Shown piece after piece: positions 42,042-52,325 of a stretch of DNA of 64,000 bases. The translations under genes and the position numbers were made by a program. The stretch is taken from the IMG/VR virus record IMGVR_UViG_3300021379_000425, positions 1 through 64,000 of that record; one strand, 5' to 3'. The notes below the pieces were generated by a model. The model searched no databases. It had not been told where the DNA came from and was given only the letters and a program-made list of their open reading frames with translations. This DNA comes from a virus. The first letter of the stretch is position 1; each line of letters starts with the position of its first letter.

Positions 42042-44602
42042 GCTTTCACCTTCTTTATCTTTCCAAAGTCAGCAGGTAAGTCACCTGCATCAATCATTGA
42101 TTCAATCAATGCTTTGGCAATACCTTCTCTTTGTCCGATGTCGCCTCCATCTAGTACTGCCTTGACGACCCTTCTTTTCTGCTCTACAACATAGTCAAAC
42201 TTCTCGTCAATGGTCTTAGCCACTGAGAGATAGACTGCGTGTACTGATTGTGATTCTTGACCGATACGGTTGACTCTATCTTCTGCTTGCTCTTCCCATG
42301 CAGGAGTCCATTCTCTCTCAACGAAGAGAACTGTATCGGCTGATGTGAGTGTGATACCTTCCTTAGCGGCTACCGTAGCGCATACGATAACATCTAACTT
42401 GTTTGCTTGGAATGCCTCAACCATTTGCTGACGCTTCTCGGCTGATTGCTCCCCAACGATTACACCAACTCTCAAGTTGGTTTCTTTCAGTTGAAGTGTG
42501 ATGCCCTTGAGTACATCTCGATGATGTGCAAAGACAACGATGGGCTTACTAGTGATGTTGTTGTACTCCTTGATGTAGTCAACTGCTGAATCAACTTTGA
42601 TGAGTCCACATTCATGCCTCAACGCTGTAAGCATGTTCAACACGAATCCCTTTGGAATGCTACCTTCTCTTGCATACATCTCGTAGTCTTCAAGCCATGC
42701 TCGATGAAGGTCATTGTATCTCTTGAGGTTGGTCTTGCTTGGTTGCACTGTATTGATTGTCCTTACCTTGTCGGGTAGTTCATCCAGTACCTCTTTCTTG
42801 AGCCTACGAATACAGAAGTCTCTTGTTCTATGATGCAACTCTTCTGTGTTGCTTGCACCGTTGAAATCCCAGCCAAAGCCAGTCTGTTGTCCGTCACAGT
42901 ATGTGATACCGTAGTTGAAGAATGAAGGGAATTCATTCGGTCTAAGTAAGTTGAGTGTAGTGAAGAACTCGTTTGGTCTGTTGGTTATCGCAGTACCACT
43001 CAAGCAAAGGATGTGTTCCGATGCTTGAGCAATCTCAAGGGTTGCCTGTGTTCTTTGTGCCTTACTGTTCTTGAGATAGTGCGACTCGTCACAGACTACA
43101 ATGTTGAATCCATAGTCAAGCAATTGTTCCATTCTACCCTTGATGATGTCGTAGTTACATACAATGATGTCAGCCTGTGGCATTGCACCTTTACGCCCTT
43201 CCAGTACCTCAGCAGTGAGGCTAGGCATCCATGCTTGACACTCCTTCTTCCAGTTGTACTTGACAGAAGCAGGTGCGACAATGAGGGCAGGTAACTTGTC
43301 AGTGTTGAGTGCGATGTGTGCAATGGCTTGGATAGTCTTTCCAACTCCCATGTCATCACCAATCAAACATCTTCCACCAGCCAATTCAGCAAAGCGAACA
43401 CCGACATACTGGAACGGGTATAACTGACGGTCATCGGGGAATACCTTCGACAGTTTGGCATCCATTTGAGCAATCAGTTCTTCATCAGCCAGTGCCGATG
43501 CACCACTGATAGCGATTCGCTGACCTCTCTCTTCCATGTATGTACCGATTTGCGGAATGTCCTCAAGCATCTCGTACAAGTCATAGAGAACAGTGTTAGT
43601 GTTGTCGTTAGTGTACGCTTGCTCAAGTCTATCCATGAAAGCACCAGCCTCGCCAATTGAGATAGACCATGTTTTCTTGTTTGGATTGTATTTCCGCCCT
43701 TGCGTATCTTTGATTAGAGCAATAAGTCTCTCGTTGTATGGGAAAGCCATCTCTAGTGATGTACCCTTGAGTTCAACTGCCATGACAACCTCTTCCTTCT
43801 TTGGCTTCGCAGTACCACTTTCAGTAGTTTGTTGCACACTGGCTAGAGTGGTAGGACATGCCCAGTATTTTGTTCCCGAATAAATCAACTCCACAGCCCT
43901 CGCCAGTACACTATCATCATTCTGTAATGTCCACAGTTTGCGTGTGCCATCATACTTACACGCAGGGAATCCCAGTCTACTCTTGAGCAAGTTGTTCACC
44001 TGCGGGTCATACGGATAGTGTAGTGCAATTCTTTTACTGGTGAATTCTTTTCCGTACCTGTTAGTCCATACATCATCCACGCATGAGAATCTAATCAGCA
44101 TACTGCTCGGTGGTTTCCACTCGGCTACCTTCTGTTCCATCAATGCTCTCGCCTCATCAACCTCGATGTCGAATGCTTCTGCAACTCTAAGCAAGTTCTT
44201 CTCATCGTATCTTACTTCCAACTTTTTGTTCAGTCTTCTTTCTGTGGCGTGCCATAGTACATGTTGTCTTTTCTTCTCAGCCTCTTGCTTGGCGTGAAGG
44301 ATTGCTTGCTGTTGCTCATACACACGCTTGGCTTCTTCGCCTTCTTTCTTTAGTCGTGAAATAAATTCAAGGGCATCGTCATCCAGTCCTGCATCCTGCA
44401 AGAGTGTAGGCAGTTGTGTGTTACGATACTTGTAGAATCTCTCGCTTGCTTCAACCATGTCTTTCATATCAAGAGTGTCTTGATGCGCCAGCCTGTTGAA
44501 GAAAGGATAGTCAGGTTTGTTTGCACCAGTATCATCCTTGTGGTCGGGCGCACCATATCCTACAAAGGTGCGAATCATCTTGTGTAGTTTTAGTTCATTC
44601 AT
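42038..44602 (-). CDS. SNF2-family helicase with two HARP-like domains (SMARCAL1-like)
   Basis: DDMGVGKT, DESH, LSGT, QAEDRVNRIGQ; two PY(D/N)...Y(D/N)...W repeats upstream. Confidence 0.9.
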   Translation of the reverse strand: MNELKLHKMIRTFVGYGAPDHKDDTGANKPDYPFFNRLAHQDTLDMKDMVEASERFYKYRNTQLPTLLQDAGLDDDALEFISRLKKEGEEAKRVYEQQQAILHAKQEAEKKRQHVLWHATERRLNKKLEVRYDEKNLLRVAEAFDIEVDEARALMEQKVAEWKPPSSMLIRFSCVDDVWTNRYGKEFTSKRIALHYPYDPQVNNLLKSRLGFPACKYDGTRKLWTLQNDDSVLARAVELIYSGTKYWACPTTLASVQQTTESGTAKPKKEEVVMAVELKGTSLEMAFPYNERLIALIKDTQGRKYNPNKKTWSISIGEAGAFMDRLEQAYTNDNTNTVLYDLYEMLEDIPQIGTYMEERGQRIAISGASALADEELIAQMDAKLSKVFPDDRQLYPFQYVGVRFAELAGGRCLIGDDMGVGKTIQAIAHIALNTDKLPALIVAPASVKYNWKKECQAWMPSLTAEVLEGRKGAMPQADIIVCNYDIIKGRMEQLLDYGFNIVVCDESHYLKNSKAQRTQATLEIAQASEHILCLSGTAITNRPNEFFTTLNLLRPNEFPSFFNYGITYCDGQQTGFGWDFNGASNTEELHHRTRDFCIRRLKKEVLDELPDKVRTINTVQPSKTNLKRYNDLHRAWLEDYEMYAREGSIPKGFVLNMLTALRHECGLIKVDSAVDYIKEYNNITSKPIVVFAHHRDVLKGITLQLKETNLRVGVIVGEQSAEKRQQMVEAFQANKLDVIVCATVAAKEGITLTSADTVLFVEREWTPAWEEQAEDRVNRIGQESQSVHAVYLSVAKTIDEKFDYVVEQKRRVVKAVLDGGDIGQREGIAKALIESMIDAGDLPADFGKIKKVKA

Positions 44603-44895
44603 TCAATCAACTCCATTTTGTAGTATAAGTCAAAGTCAAAGTTATCCCAAAGAGGATAGCCCGAATTGTTTCTTGCCGATTCACTTATCATGTTGTTGTC
44701 GAGAAGTAGTTCTTTGTTCTCGCACAACAAAACATACATCGCTTTAACATCTGTCATGTAAAATCCATCACAGGCATTGTTTAGGTACTGTCGTGCGAAC
44801 AAGTCAGCGAGTGTCCACTGTTCATCATTCACCTCAATAGGTGCTTCATCATCATAGTTGCTTTGTAATGTTTTTATTAGTTCTTCTTTGTTCAT
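44599..44895 (-). CDS. Acidic hypothetical protein, duplicate B
   Basis: Close paralog of 40891-41187. Confidence 0.7.
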   Translation of the reverse strand: MNKEELIKTLQSNYDDEAPIEVNDEQWTLADLFARQYLNNACDGFYMTDVKAMYVLLCENKELLLDNNMISESARNNSGYPLWDNFDFDLYYKMELIE

Positions 44896-45264
44896 TCAAT
44901 CATCTCCCTGTGTTGTTCATGGAAGTCGGGTACAAGTGAATGCTTGATATTGCTAAGGCACTCCATCGCTTTCATCACATCTGTATCGTAACCATGTAAT
45001 CCATCATCAAGCATCCTAGTAGATACACCAAATATCTTCCAAAGGATGTCATTGATTTCTATTGCATGTTTCATTTCATTCATATGTATCACCGTGTTGG
45101 AACTCACTCTCCTTCTGTCTGTCTCTAGCATCCACAAGTGTTCTGTTGTAGTTGCCTATTGAATCCATTATCTCTCTTAGGTTAGTCATGCTCAGGTCAT
45201 TCCTGTCCAGCCACCTAAGCACATATATTGCTAGTTGTTGTGTATCATCATTCATTGTTATCAC
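44892..45264 (-). other. Two small hypothetical genes (about 44892-45083 and 45076-45264)
   Basis: Coupled ORFs following promoter copy 6. Confidence 0.5.
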
Positions 45265-45273
45265 TTCTCAATT

Positions 45274-45293
45274 CTTTATCAGTTTAAATAGTC
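45274..45293 (-). promoter_or_regulatory. Viral promoter motif copy 6
   Basis: Exact 20-mer. Confidence 0.8.
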
Positions 45294-45294
45294 T

Positions 45295-45498
45295 TCATTC
45301 TTCTTCATCGTTTTTGGTAGGATTGACATGCCAGTACTCTTCACTGTCTTGTAAGTCATCTTCATTCACTTCCTCAATGTAATGTGCTTCACGCCATTCT
45401 TCATCGTGTGAATCATAGTGTGCCTTTGCTTCTTTGTAGGTAGCAAACGGGCCATCGGACTCTCCACTCTTGATGTGTGTTACCATGTACTCAATCAC
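45295..45498 (-). CDS. Small acidic hypothetical protein
   Basis: GPFATYKEA motif; coupled to the phosphatase gene. Confidence 0.55.
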   Translation of the reverse strand: MIEYMVTHIKSGESDGPFATYKEAKAHYDSHDEEWREAHYIEEVNEDDLQDSEEYWHVNPTKNDEEE

Positions 45499-46652
45499 TG
45501 TTCTTCCTCCTTGATGTTCTTGTCACCGTATGCACACTCACCGCAGATGAATTCCTTCTCGGTCTTATCCCACATAGTAATCTCAATGTTGTCTTTCATC
45601 TGCTTGCACTCGGAACATTGCACAGTTGTGTAGTCGAACTTGATTTTGTTCTGTGATGCAACACACTGTATGCAAGTACCCGACTGATAGATACCATCAA
45701 TGATGTTGATTGTTTCGGGAGTCATGTCATCTCGGTAGTCCTTCTCGTCACCGCATGTGTCACAGTAGGTTGTACCACTAGGCAACTCGAAGTAGTCACA
45801 GGCTGAACAGTGAGTCTTGTCAGCCATAGGAGATTTACAACAAGGGCATTTACCATAGTTGTCAAACAGTATGTCCATACCATCATCGTAATACTCTTCT
45901 TCAAATTCAAGGTAATCGTCAAAGGTATAAACAAAATCATCTATACCAGTGGTGGCTTTGGGAAAATTTGTATCACCGCCCCACTTAGAACCGATAGTCA
46001 TGTCACCGACAGGCAACTGACACACATCAGCAATGTACTGCAACTGTGCTTGAGTCTCAACTGCATGATGACAATAGACATCACGAACCCAACGCACGAT
46101 GTCACTGGCTGAGTTGTAGTCGCCACGCTTGTCATCGCATAGAAGGTAGCGAAGGATAGACAACTGAACACCAGTACGACCATGACCGCCAGCACACTGA
46201 GTAGAGATAGTCTTGATACCATGAACACGGATGTCACGAGTAAGTGCATACCAAAACTCAGCACCACTAGCAGGGATACCAAAGTCGGGGAAGTCAAGGT
46301 GTATGAACAGTGGGTCTTTGGGTGGCTGAACAATAGCGTCAGCGCAAGACCAACCATCGGGTACAGTAGTCTCGTCAGCGATAGCAGTTTTGGACTTGCC
46401 CCATGCAGTCATAGTTTCACTAGCACCAATGGAGAGGTCGGGCAGTGGAGTCATAGTCCACCAGCCACCTTGTCTGTTACGACCACCGCCATGTACAGTG
46501 ATGCCGTCATGTGTAGTGAACACGACTGGCATACCAGTGTGGCATTGTGGTTTAGGTTCGTATGGTTTCTTCATATTGTTCACCTTAGTTTTCTTGTTAG
46601 TCCATTTGTGTAGTTTCGTTTGTTGTTTCTTTATCTTGTTCTTCTTTCCCAT
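45495..46652 (-). CDS. Protein tyrosine/dual-specificity phosphatase with C-terminal Zn fingers
   Basis: FPDFGIP acid loop, QCAGGHGRTG, VET..Q loop; six CxxC pairs. Confidence 0.85.
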   Translation of the reverse strand: MGKKNKIKKQQTKLHKWTNKKTKVNNMKKPYEPKPQCHTGMPVVFTTHDGITVHGGGRNRQGGWWTMTPLPDLSIGASETMTAWGKSKTAIADETTVPDGWSCADAIVQPPKDPLFIHLDFPDFGIPASGAEFWYALTRDIRVHGIKTISTQCAGGHGRTGVQLSILRYLLCDDKRGDYNSASDIVRWVRDVYCHHAVETQAQLQYIADVCQLPVGDMTIGSKWGGDTNFPKATTGIDDFVYTFDDYLEFEEEYYDDGMDILFDNYGKCPCCKSPMADKTHCSACDYFELPSGTTYCDTCGDEKDYRDDMTPETINIIDGIYQSGTCIQCVASQNKIKFDYTTVQCSECKQMKDNIEITMWDKTEKEFICGECAYGDKNIKEEEQ

Positions 46653-46654
46653 GT

Positions 46655-48952
46655 TTATTCCTCCATCACTGACGAGACTATTTTGCTTTGTATGTACTTA
46701 GCGAACTCAGTGAAGAGTTGCCAAAGTGTAAGGCTAGTTTCTTCAATACCACTAAGGTATTCTTTAGCGTGTTTTGTTAGTTTGTTGTAGAGTAGTAAAT
46801 CCTTTTGAGTCATGTTGACAATACCTGTGCTGATGTATGTAGCATTGCTAGTTGTCAACCACTGCGGGTTGTGCATACAATACTCATTAGCAAAGGCAAG
46901 GAAGTATGGATTAGGTTCACCGTATGCTTCCCTAAACTTAACGACCTTCTCTTCCGACTCAGGCTTAGGTAGAGTGAGACTTGTATCTTCGTGGTACGCA
47001 GTAGCCATGTGAGATGGTGATGCTTCAACTTGCTTCTTCTTCTCCGTATGACAGATAGGACAGTTCTCGACACCACACATGATGTGCTTCTGCCCTACCG
47101 TCTGTGGTGGATGTCGGAAGCCTTGAGTAAGTACATCCCTGTATGTAGCAAGGAATGGTGTAACCTCACCAGTCTTGGTGAACTTCTTCACGCTGTCAAA
47201 GATAGGTTGAATGGAATGGAGAGCAGGCAATGGTTCGTTGCCAATGTGTTGCTCGTAGACATCCATAGCAACTGCGTATATCTTGAAGAACATGTTAGGC
47301 TCTACTTGTATATTGTTCGGGTCAGTACCCCAGTCAATTGCTTTCTTATCCATGAACTTGTTGAAGAAGAAACCATTGTTGTGTACTGCATGTTCAAGTG
47401 CGTTGGCTTTGTCAATGAGTGTCATGAGATTGTCACGGCTACCATCAGCCCAGTAGTCCTTGAGTGCATCAATCGCTTCGATGCCCATGCGAACAGTCTT
47501 GGAGTATGCCTTACCACCGTAGCCACTAGACCATTGTAAGTTGAACACTTGGTCTAGCATCTGCATCATGAAGTCCATTGACTCGCAATCAAGTGGCTTG
47601 CCCTCGATGTTGAGATAGTATGATTGTCTCTCATGCATAGAGCGAGAGTGTATCTCACTCCACTCAGTATCGTAAGCATAACGAGCGAGTGCATATGGTA
47701 TGAAGTTAGAGCCAGTAGTCCTTGACTTAGCGTGGCGTAACTCACCGAGAGATACTGCGTAAGTCGCTTGGATAATCCAGCCAACGAATGCACCACCGAG
47801 CAGTGCAATGGTTTGTGGTTCAGCAGTAGGTCCACCTGCATACTGATGGAATGGATTGGATAGGTAGCCATGTTGTCTAGCGAATCTTCGATAGCCAATC
47901 TGCAAGCCAGCATCGAACTGTTCCTTGAAGTCATAAGGGTCGTAAGGTTGTGGCTCGTATGTACCATCATTGTCAAGGACAACCCAGCCAGCCGCCGCCT
48001 GTGTCCACTGCTGACCGACCTCGACATCAAGTGATGCAATGTATGGAACATTGTACTTGAGACACTGTGTTGCATGATGGGATAGGTGAGTGCCGTTGTT
48101 GTGACACACCACTGAACCATCGGGCATACCATTACGAAGTGCCTCTTCCATCTTGTCTAGTTGTTCTTCACTTGAGTCCTCGACTAAGTGAATATGTTTG
48201 ACTGTGATTCTGTCAACACCATGAAATGTACCACTGATTGTCACACCCGCAGGAGCAGGAACAATAGGTTGTACACCATCACAACCACGCAGTTGCACGA
48301 GGTAGGACAGTGGCTCAACGAGTGATGACCTTCTAGTATTCTTGTCGCTTATAGAAGCAACGAACTCCAACTGAATGTTTTCGGGTGTGAGATTCATTTG
48401 CTCGAAGTCATGGTTGATGTTGGTATCCTTGCCTTGTGCAAGTGGGATAGCAAACTTGAGTCCATCCTTACCAGCAGTGATACCATTGTTGTCACGCCCC
48501 ATGTAGATGTAGTTGTTAGGTGCAACTACGGCTGATGCGAATGCATCAATGTAAGGCATAGCAATGATACAACCATTGGGGTCAGTGAACCCATGCTCGT
48601 ACTCCTTGACTGCTGACTGGTCTTCGCCTAGCATACACTCGGCAATGTTGAGGACAGCATCCTTGTACTCCTGTTCATTGTGTACTGCAACAGACTCAAG
48701 CACACCCGCACGAGGGTTGAGTGGACAAGCACGAATGAACTGTGGGAAGTTGACCCACTCGAAAACCATATCATGTAGTGTGTATGCCAGTGCTGTGTAC
48801 GCATCTTGACAAGTCTGTTCTGTGACCTCACCCACTACGAGGTCGAACCTCTTAGTCTCAGGTACATTCCAGTTAGTCCAACTGTTGTAGTCGCTCTTCA
48901 ATGCGTTGTATGTTTCTAATGCTTTTGCTTTTTGACTCATCATTGTTATCAT
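46655..48952 (-). CDS. PEP-synthase/PPDK-like phosphotransferase (ATP-grasp-like domain, phospho-His swivel domain, novel C-terminal domain)
   Basis: FIRACP...GVLES, EF, YLVQLRG; NGTHLSHHA...YNVPY resembles the GG.TSH.A...GIP motif. Confidence 0.65.
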   Translation of the reverse strand: MITMMSQKAKALETYNALKSDYNSWTNWNVPETKRFDLVVGEVTEQTCQDAYTALAYTLHDMVFEWVNFPQFIRACPLNPRAGVLESVAVHNEQEYKDAVLNIAECMLGEDQSAVKEYEHGFTDPNGCIIAMPYIDAFASAVVAPNNYIYMGRDNNGITAGKDGLKFAIPLAQGKDTNINHDFEQMNLTPENIQLEFVASISDKNTRRSSLVEPLSYLVQLRGCDGVQPIVPAPAGVTISGTFHGVDRITVKHIHLVEDSSEEQLDKMEEALRNGMPDGSVVCHNNGTHLSHHATQCLKYNVPYIASLDVEVGQQWTQAAAGWVVLDNDGTYEPQPYDPYDFKEQFDAGLQIGYRRFARQHGYLSNPFHQYAGGPTAEPQTIALLGGAFVGWIIQATYAVSLGELRHAKSRTTGSNFIPYALARYAYDTEWSEIHSRSMHERQSYYLNIEGKPLDCESMDFMMQMLDQVFNLQWSSGYGGKAYSKTVRMGIEAIDALKDYWADGSRDNLMTLIDKANALEHAVHNNGFFFNKFMDKKAIDWGTDPNNIQVEPNMFFKIYAVAMDVYEQHIGNEPLPALHSIQPIFDSVKKFTKTGEVTPFLATYRDVLTQGFRHPPQTVGQKHIMCGVENCPICHTEKKKQVEASPSHMATAYHEDTSLTLPKPESEEKVVKFREAYGEPNPYFLAFANEYCMHNPQWLTTSNATYISTGIVNMTQKDLLLYNKLTKHAKEYLSGIEETSLTLWQLFTEFAKYIQSKIVSSVMEE

Positions 48953-48961
48953 CTCTCAATT

Positions 48962-48981
48962 CTTTAGTAGTTTAAATAGTC
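48962..48981 (-). promoter_or_regulatory. Viral promoter motif copy 7 (2 mismatches)
   Basis: GACTATTTAAACTACTAAAG; ATG at 48952. Confidence 0.8.
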
Positions 48982-48982
48982 C

Positions 48983-50280
48983 TCAATTCTCAAAGGCTTT
49001 CTCTCTCATGTATGCTTCGTGGTTCTGTGATAGGAAATCCTTGATGGCTTCTTCCCTGCTGTAACCAATGTAGAACTTGTCTGTATAGAAGCCCTCGATT
49101 ATATCACTCACTAGGTATGCCCCATGTTTTTCTTTTACCGTTATTCTATCTCTTGCGTATGTCATTCTTCATCATCTCCCCAGTATTGTAGTCTCTTTCT
49201 TCCAGCAGGTAGGCTTGTTATTTTCTTCACTAATTCTTCTCTATTTACTTTATAGGATTGTAAATACCACATGCAATTAACAATGTAATCTATTTCATCC
49301 TGTGATATTATTATCCAATCTGCGTCAGTCATTCTTCATCCCTCCATATCTTAGGGTATCTGTCGTGTCCTACACAAACACAACATAGTGAAACAGATTT
49401 CATATCGTAGTTGTTTAGATAGTCTTCTTTGTCATCGTTACCATTGGGTACACAGACCTCGACTTCAATGAGTTCGCCTAGACTTTGCTTACAATAATCG
49501 CAGTTCATTCTTCATCACTCCTGCCTGTTCCAGTATTCATCTTTCTTATCCCATTTCCAGTACCAGCCACCGACTTCAAGGATGACTGAGTGGTAATGTA
49601 CTAGGCTGTAAAAAGCACTGTCAATATTTACCGAGTGTCCTTCTTCTTGTAGGTCTTGAAGCAAGTCAATGCAAGCCTTCAATGCGTTCTCTATTTGTTC
49701 TTGTTTGTTATTCATTCTTCTTCCTCCGTGTTCAACCATGCGTCAATCAATTCATTGAGCAGTCCACTTCCAACACCCCATGTCCTGTCTGCATAATCGA
49801 ATGCCCAAAGGATAGTCTCTTTGCAGTACACATCGGGTGTCTCTTCTATCAAAGCAATCAAGTCTCGCATTGCGTCTTGACTGTAAGTACCACCACCACC
49901 GTACCCCGTAAGGTGCATCATTGTTTCAGGGTCAAGCATGTATTCCATACCGTTTCTTATCTCTTCCATTGTCGTAAATCCGTGTCTCATTCTTCTTCAC
50001 CTTCCTCTTCGTAAAACTCAATTTTGTAGTGCGTGTCTTTTGGTAAGTCAACCACATTGACTTTCCATTTACCTGTTACTATGTTCAGCAACTCACGACC
50101 TGTTAGGTAGGGCATCAGTACTGCTTGTTGCCATAAGCGAACAGCCATGTCACGAGATTCTTTATTGTAATTAGTTGCCCGCCAGTTCATGTTGTATTCT
50201 ATTAGGCTAGGTTGTATTATTGAATCCTTATTCCATCGTAGTGTCTTTGTTACTTTCATTGTTACTTTCATCTTAATCAT
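48983..50280 (-). other. Cluster of very small early genes (48983-49165, 49515-49715, 49712-49990, 49987-50280 and probably <60-aa ORFs between them)
   Basis: ATGA-coupled ORFs, several ending in EEE/DEE. Confidence 0.5.
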
Positions 50281-50289
50281 CTCTCAATT

Positions 50290-50309
50290 CTTTATCAGTT
50301 TAAATAGTC
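50290..50309 (-). promoter_or_regulatory. Viral promoter motif copy 8
   Basis: Exact 20-mer; ATG at 50280. Confidence 0.8.
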
Positions 50310-51589
50310 AGCCTTCCATCTTCCTTTGCATGTTGAATGAACCAATCACTTAGCAACTCATTCTCATACAACCACTGGTACAGACGAGGGGGTAAGTCTG
50401 CTACGCCATCGTAGTCACTCAGTTTGTTATCGTCAAACCAAAGCCCACCTTCCGCATAGAACCTGTTGCCTCCTGTTTCTATGTCGTACCATTCAAGTCC
50501 ACCTCTTTGTCTCTCAAGGTCAACCCAGCATGTTAGTTTCATCGTAGCAGGTTGTGGCTTAGTAGCACCCCAACTTCCTTCGTGAAACACTTGTTCTTCT
50601 TGTTCGCTATCGTAATCGTATCTCATGTTTATTCCTCCTGTGTGCATAAGTGGTCGTAGTCCTCGTCAGTTACTCTCATGTCCTTGAGATGAATCATCTC
50701 GCAGTCAAGTGTGATGTAATCGAAGTGCATCGGATAATACTTCTCCGTTGTTTCGGGGTCATCATCATAAGCCCAAAACATCTCATCATCATGTGGTAGT
50801 CTTTCTAATGTAGCAATCCAATTCCCATCCAAGTACAGGTTAATGAAGTTGTATGAGTAACCGTTATCACCGTAGTCTGTGTATGATAACCTGTCCTTAC
50901 TCCAATCAACTAGCATACGGAAGTCAAGCGTTTCTTTGTCAACGCATTCCATTACATCCCCGTCATATGAAGAGCGACCTCTACCCTCACAGAAGTATAT
51001 TTGATTCTTTACCATGCTCATGCAATCACCTCTTGTGCGTCAGCGTAGCCACCGTTGTTGTCTCGCACATCCTCAATGCACCACGCCTTGAACTCATCAT
51101 GCGAGCCAAACAATTCCCAGTCACCAGCCATGATGTGATAGGTGTAGCGTACGCCATCGTGATTGATGCTCACCGACTTGGTACTGAAACACACCGATGT
51201 TTGGAATAGGTTCTCGTATGCTTGTGGTCCTATCATGCAATCACCGCCGTAAGTGTGTCCTCATCATCAGCAAGCACGAACCTATTGACTACGAAGCCAT
51301 TGGTGTCAGCCCAAATGGTAAGCCTGCCATATGATGCAAGCGAGGTAGTGTCCTCTTCGATGAGCCTTGCCTTGTCCATGACTGTGTGATGGTCGGCGTA
51401 AAGTATGGTAGATACATATGCAAGTGTGGTGTGACCAGTCTCAATAAGATACATGTATCTGTTCCAGCCCATGCCCTGCGTGTACTTCTTAGTGAACCCA
51501 GTATCCATACGAGATGCTGATGGTGGTACGAAACCTAATGGGTTGGTACTGTTGTGGTATGTTGTGTCGATTATCTTGTAGTTCATCAA
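50300..51589 (-). other. Four small early genes (50300-50626, 50629-51021, 51018-51236, 51233-51589)
   Basis: Coupled ORFs; 13-bp junction repeat TCATGCAATCACC at 51018 and 51233. Confidence 0.55.
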
Positions 51590-51598
51590 CCTTGAATT

Positions 51599-51618
51599 CT
51601 TTAGCAGTTTAAATAGTC
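51599..51618 (-). promoter_or_regulatory. Viral promoter motif copy 9 (1 mismatch)
   Basis: GACTATTTAAACTGCTAAAG; TTG at 51589. Confidence 0.8.
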
Positions 51619-51644
51619 AAGGCTTCAGTCCATCGGTTTTTGCT

Positions 51645-51935
51645 TTGCTCACTATGTTTAGAATGTTCACAATGTTCATCAGTATGTTCATCAATTTTGA
51701 GCATGTTCATTATGTCATTACACCCCTACAATAATATGTGATTCTCCCCCTACGAATGTTCATTATTACTATATCCTATACTCATATATATTATAGAGAG
51801 TAGGAGTACTATGAAAATGAGCAAAGCCTGTGAGATTTTCCCTATGTAATTGAAGCAAGGTATTGAGCATGAACAATGTTCATTTTTAGTGAACATGGTG
51901 GTGAACAAAGTGAACAAAGTGGGCATCTTGAACAT
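51645..51935. repeat. Origin-like element 1: TGTTCA iterons / AT-rich core / TGAACA iterons
   Basis: Non-coding; inverted arrays of TG(T/C)TCA around an AT-rich centre. Confidence 0.7.
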
Positions 51936-52049
51936 GTGATATTAATTGCTTTTCAGTAGGTGAATATTAATTGCTTCTCGATAGGCGTTTGATGTGGGGA
52001 AATGAAAGCCTCCCCTTCCCATGTGAAGTGAATACCATCAGCCTCATAA

Positions 52050-52210
52050 GCGGGGGTACAGGAAATGCGCTTCTCTCGCACTCGAAAAAGGCTGAGAAAA
52101 ATACAGGCGGGGTTGTAGGAGAGGCATACTCTTCCCAACCCATATGGGTGCGATGCAATTACTCGCAAGGCTGTCAGTTAGACAGGCGCAAGCGAGGCAT
52201 CGTTACCCCT
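52050..52210. ncRNA. Candidate structured RNA
   Basis: Nested complementary segments found by eye (see findings); no family recognised. Confidence 0.3.
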
Positions 52211-52240
52211 TGCGAATTGCGCTATGCGAATTTTTGCGAT

Positions 52241-52279
52241 AAAAAAAGCCCCCCGCACCCCCACAGGGGTACGAGGGGC
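52241..52279 (-). terminator. GC-rich hairpin plus T-tract terminator
   Basis: - strand GCCCCTCGTACCCC-TGT-GGGGGTGCGGGGGGC-TTTTTTT downstream of the 52326 gene. Confidence 0.75.
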
Positions 52280-52325
52280 GAACTCGGCTAACCGCCGTAC
52301 TACTTCACTCGGCTACGAGTTATGC

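Noticed and set aside
40891-44895. Diversity-generating retroelement template/variable repeat pair
   Set aside because: Differences between the duplicates are not confined to adenines, and no reverse transcriptase is present.
52020-52210. Hammerhead ribozyme or tRNA in the structured region
   Set aside because: No CUGANGA/GAAA core in a correct stem context and no tRNA T-loop/cloverleaf found by eye. No tRNA was recognised anywhere in the window, but a tRNAscan run is needed.
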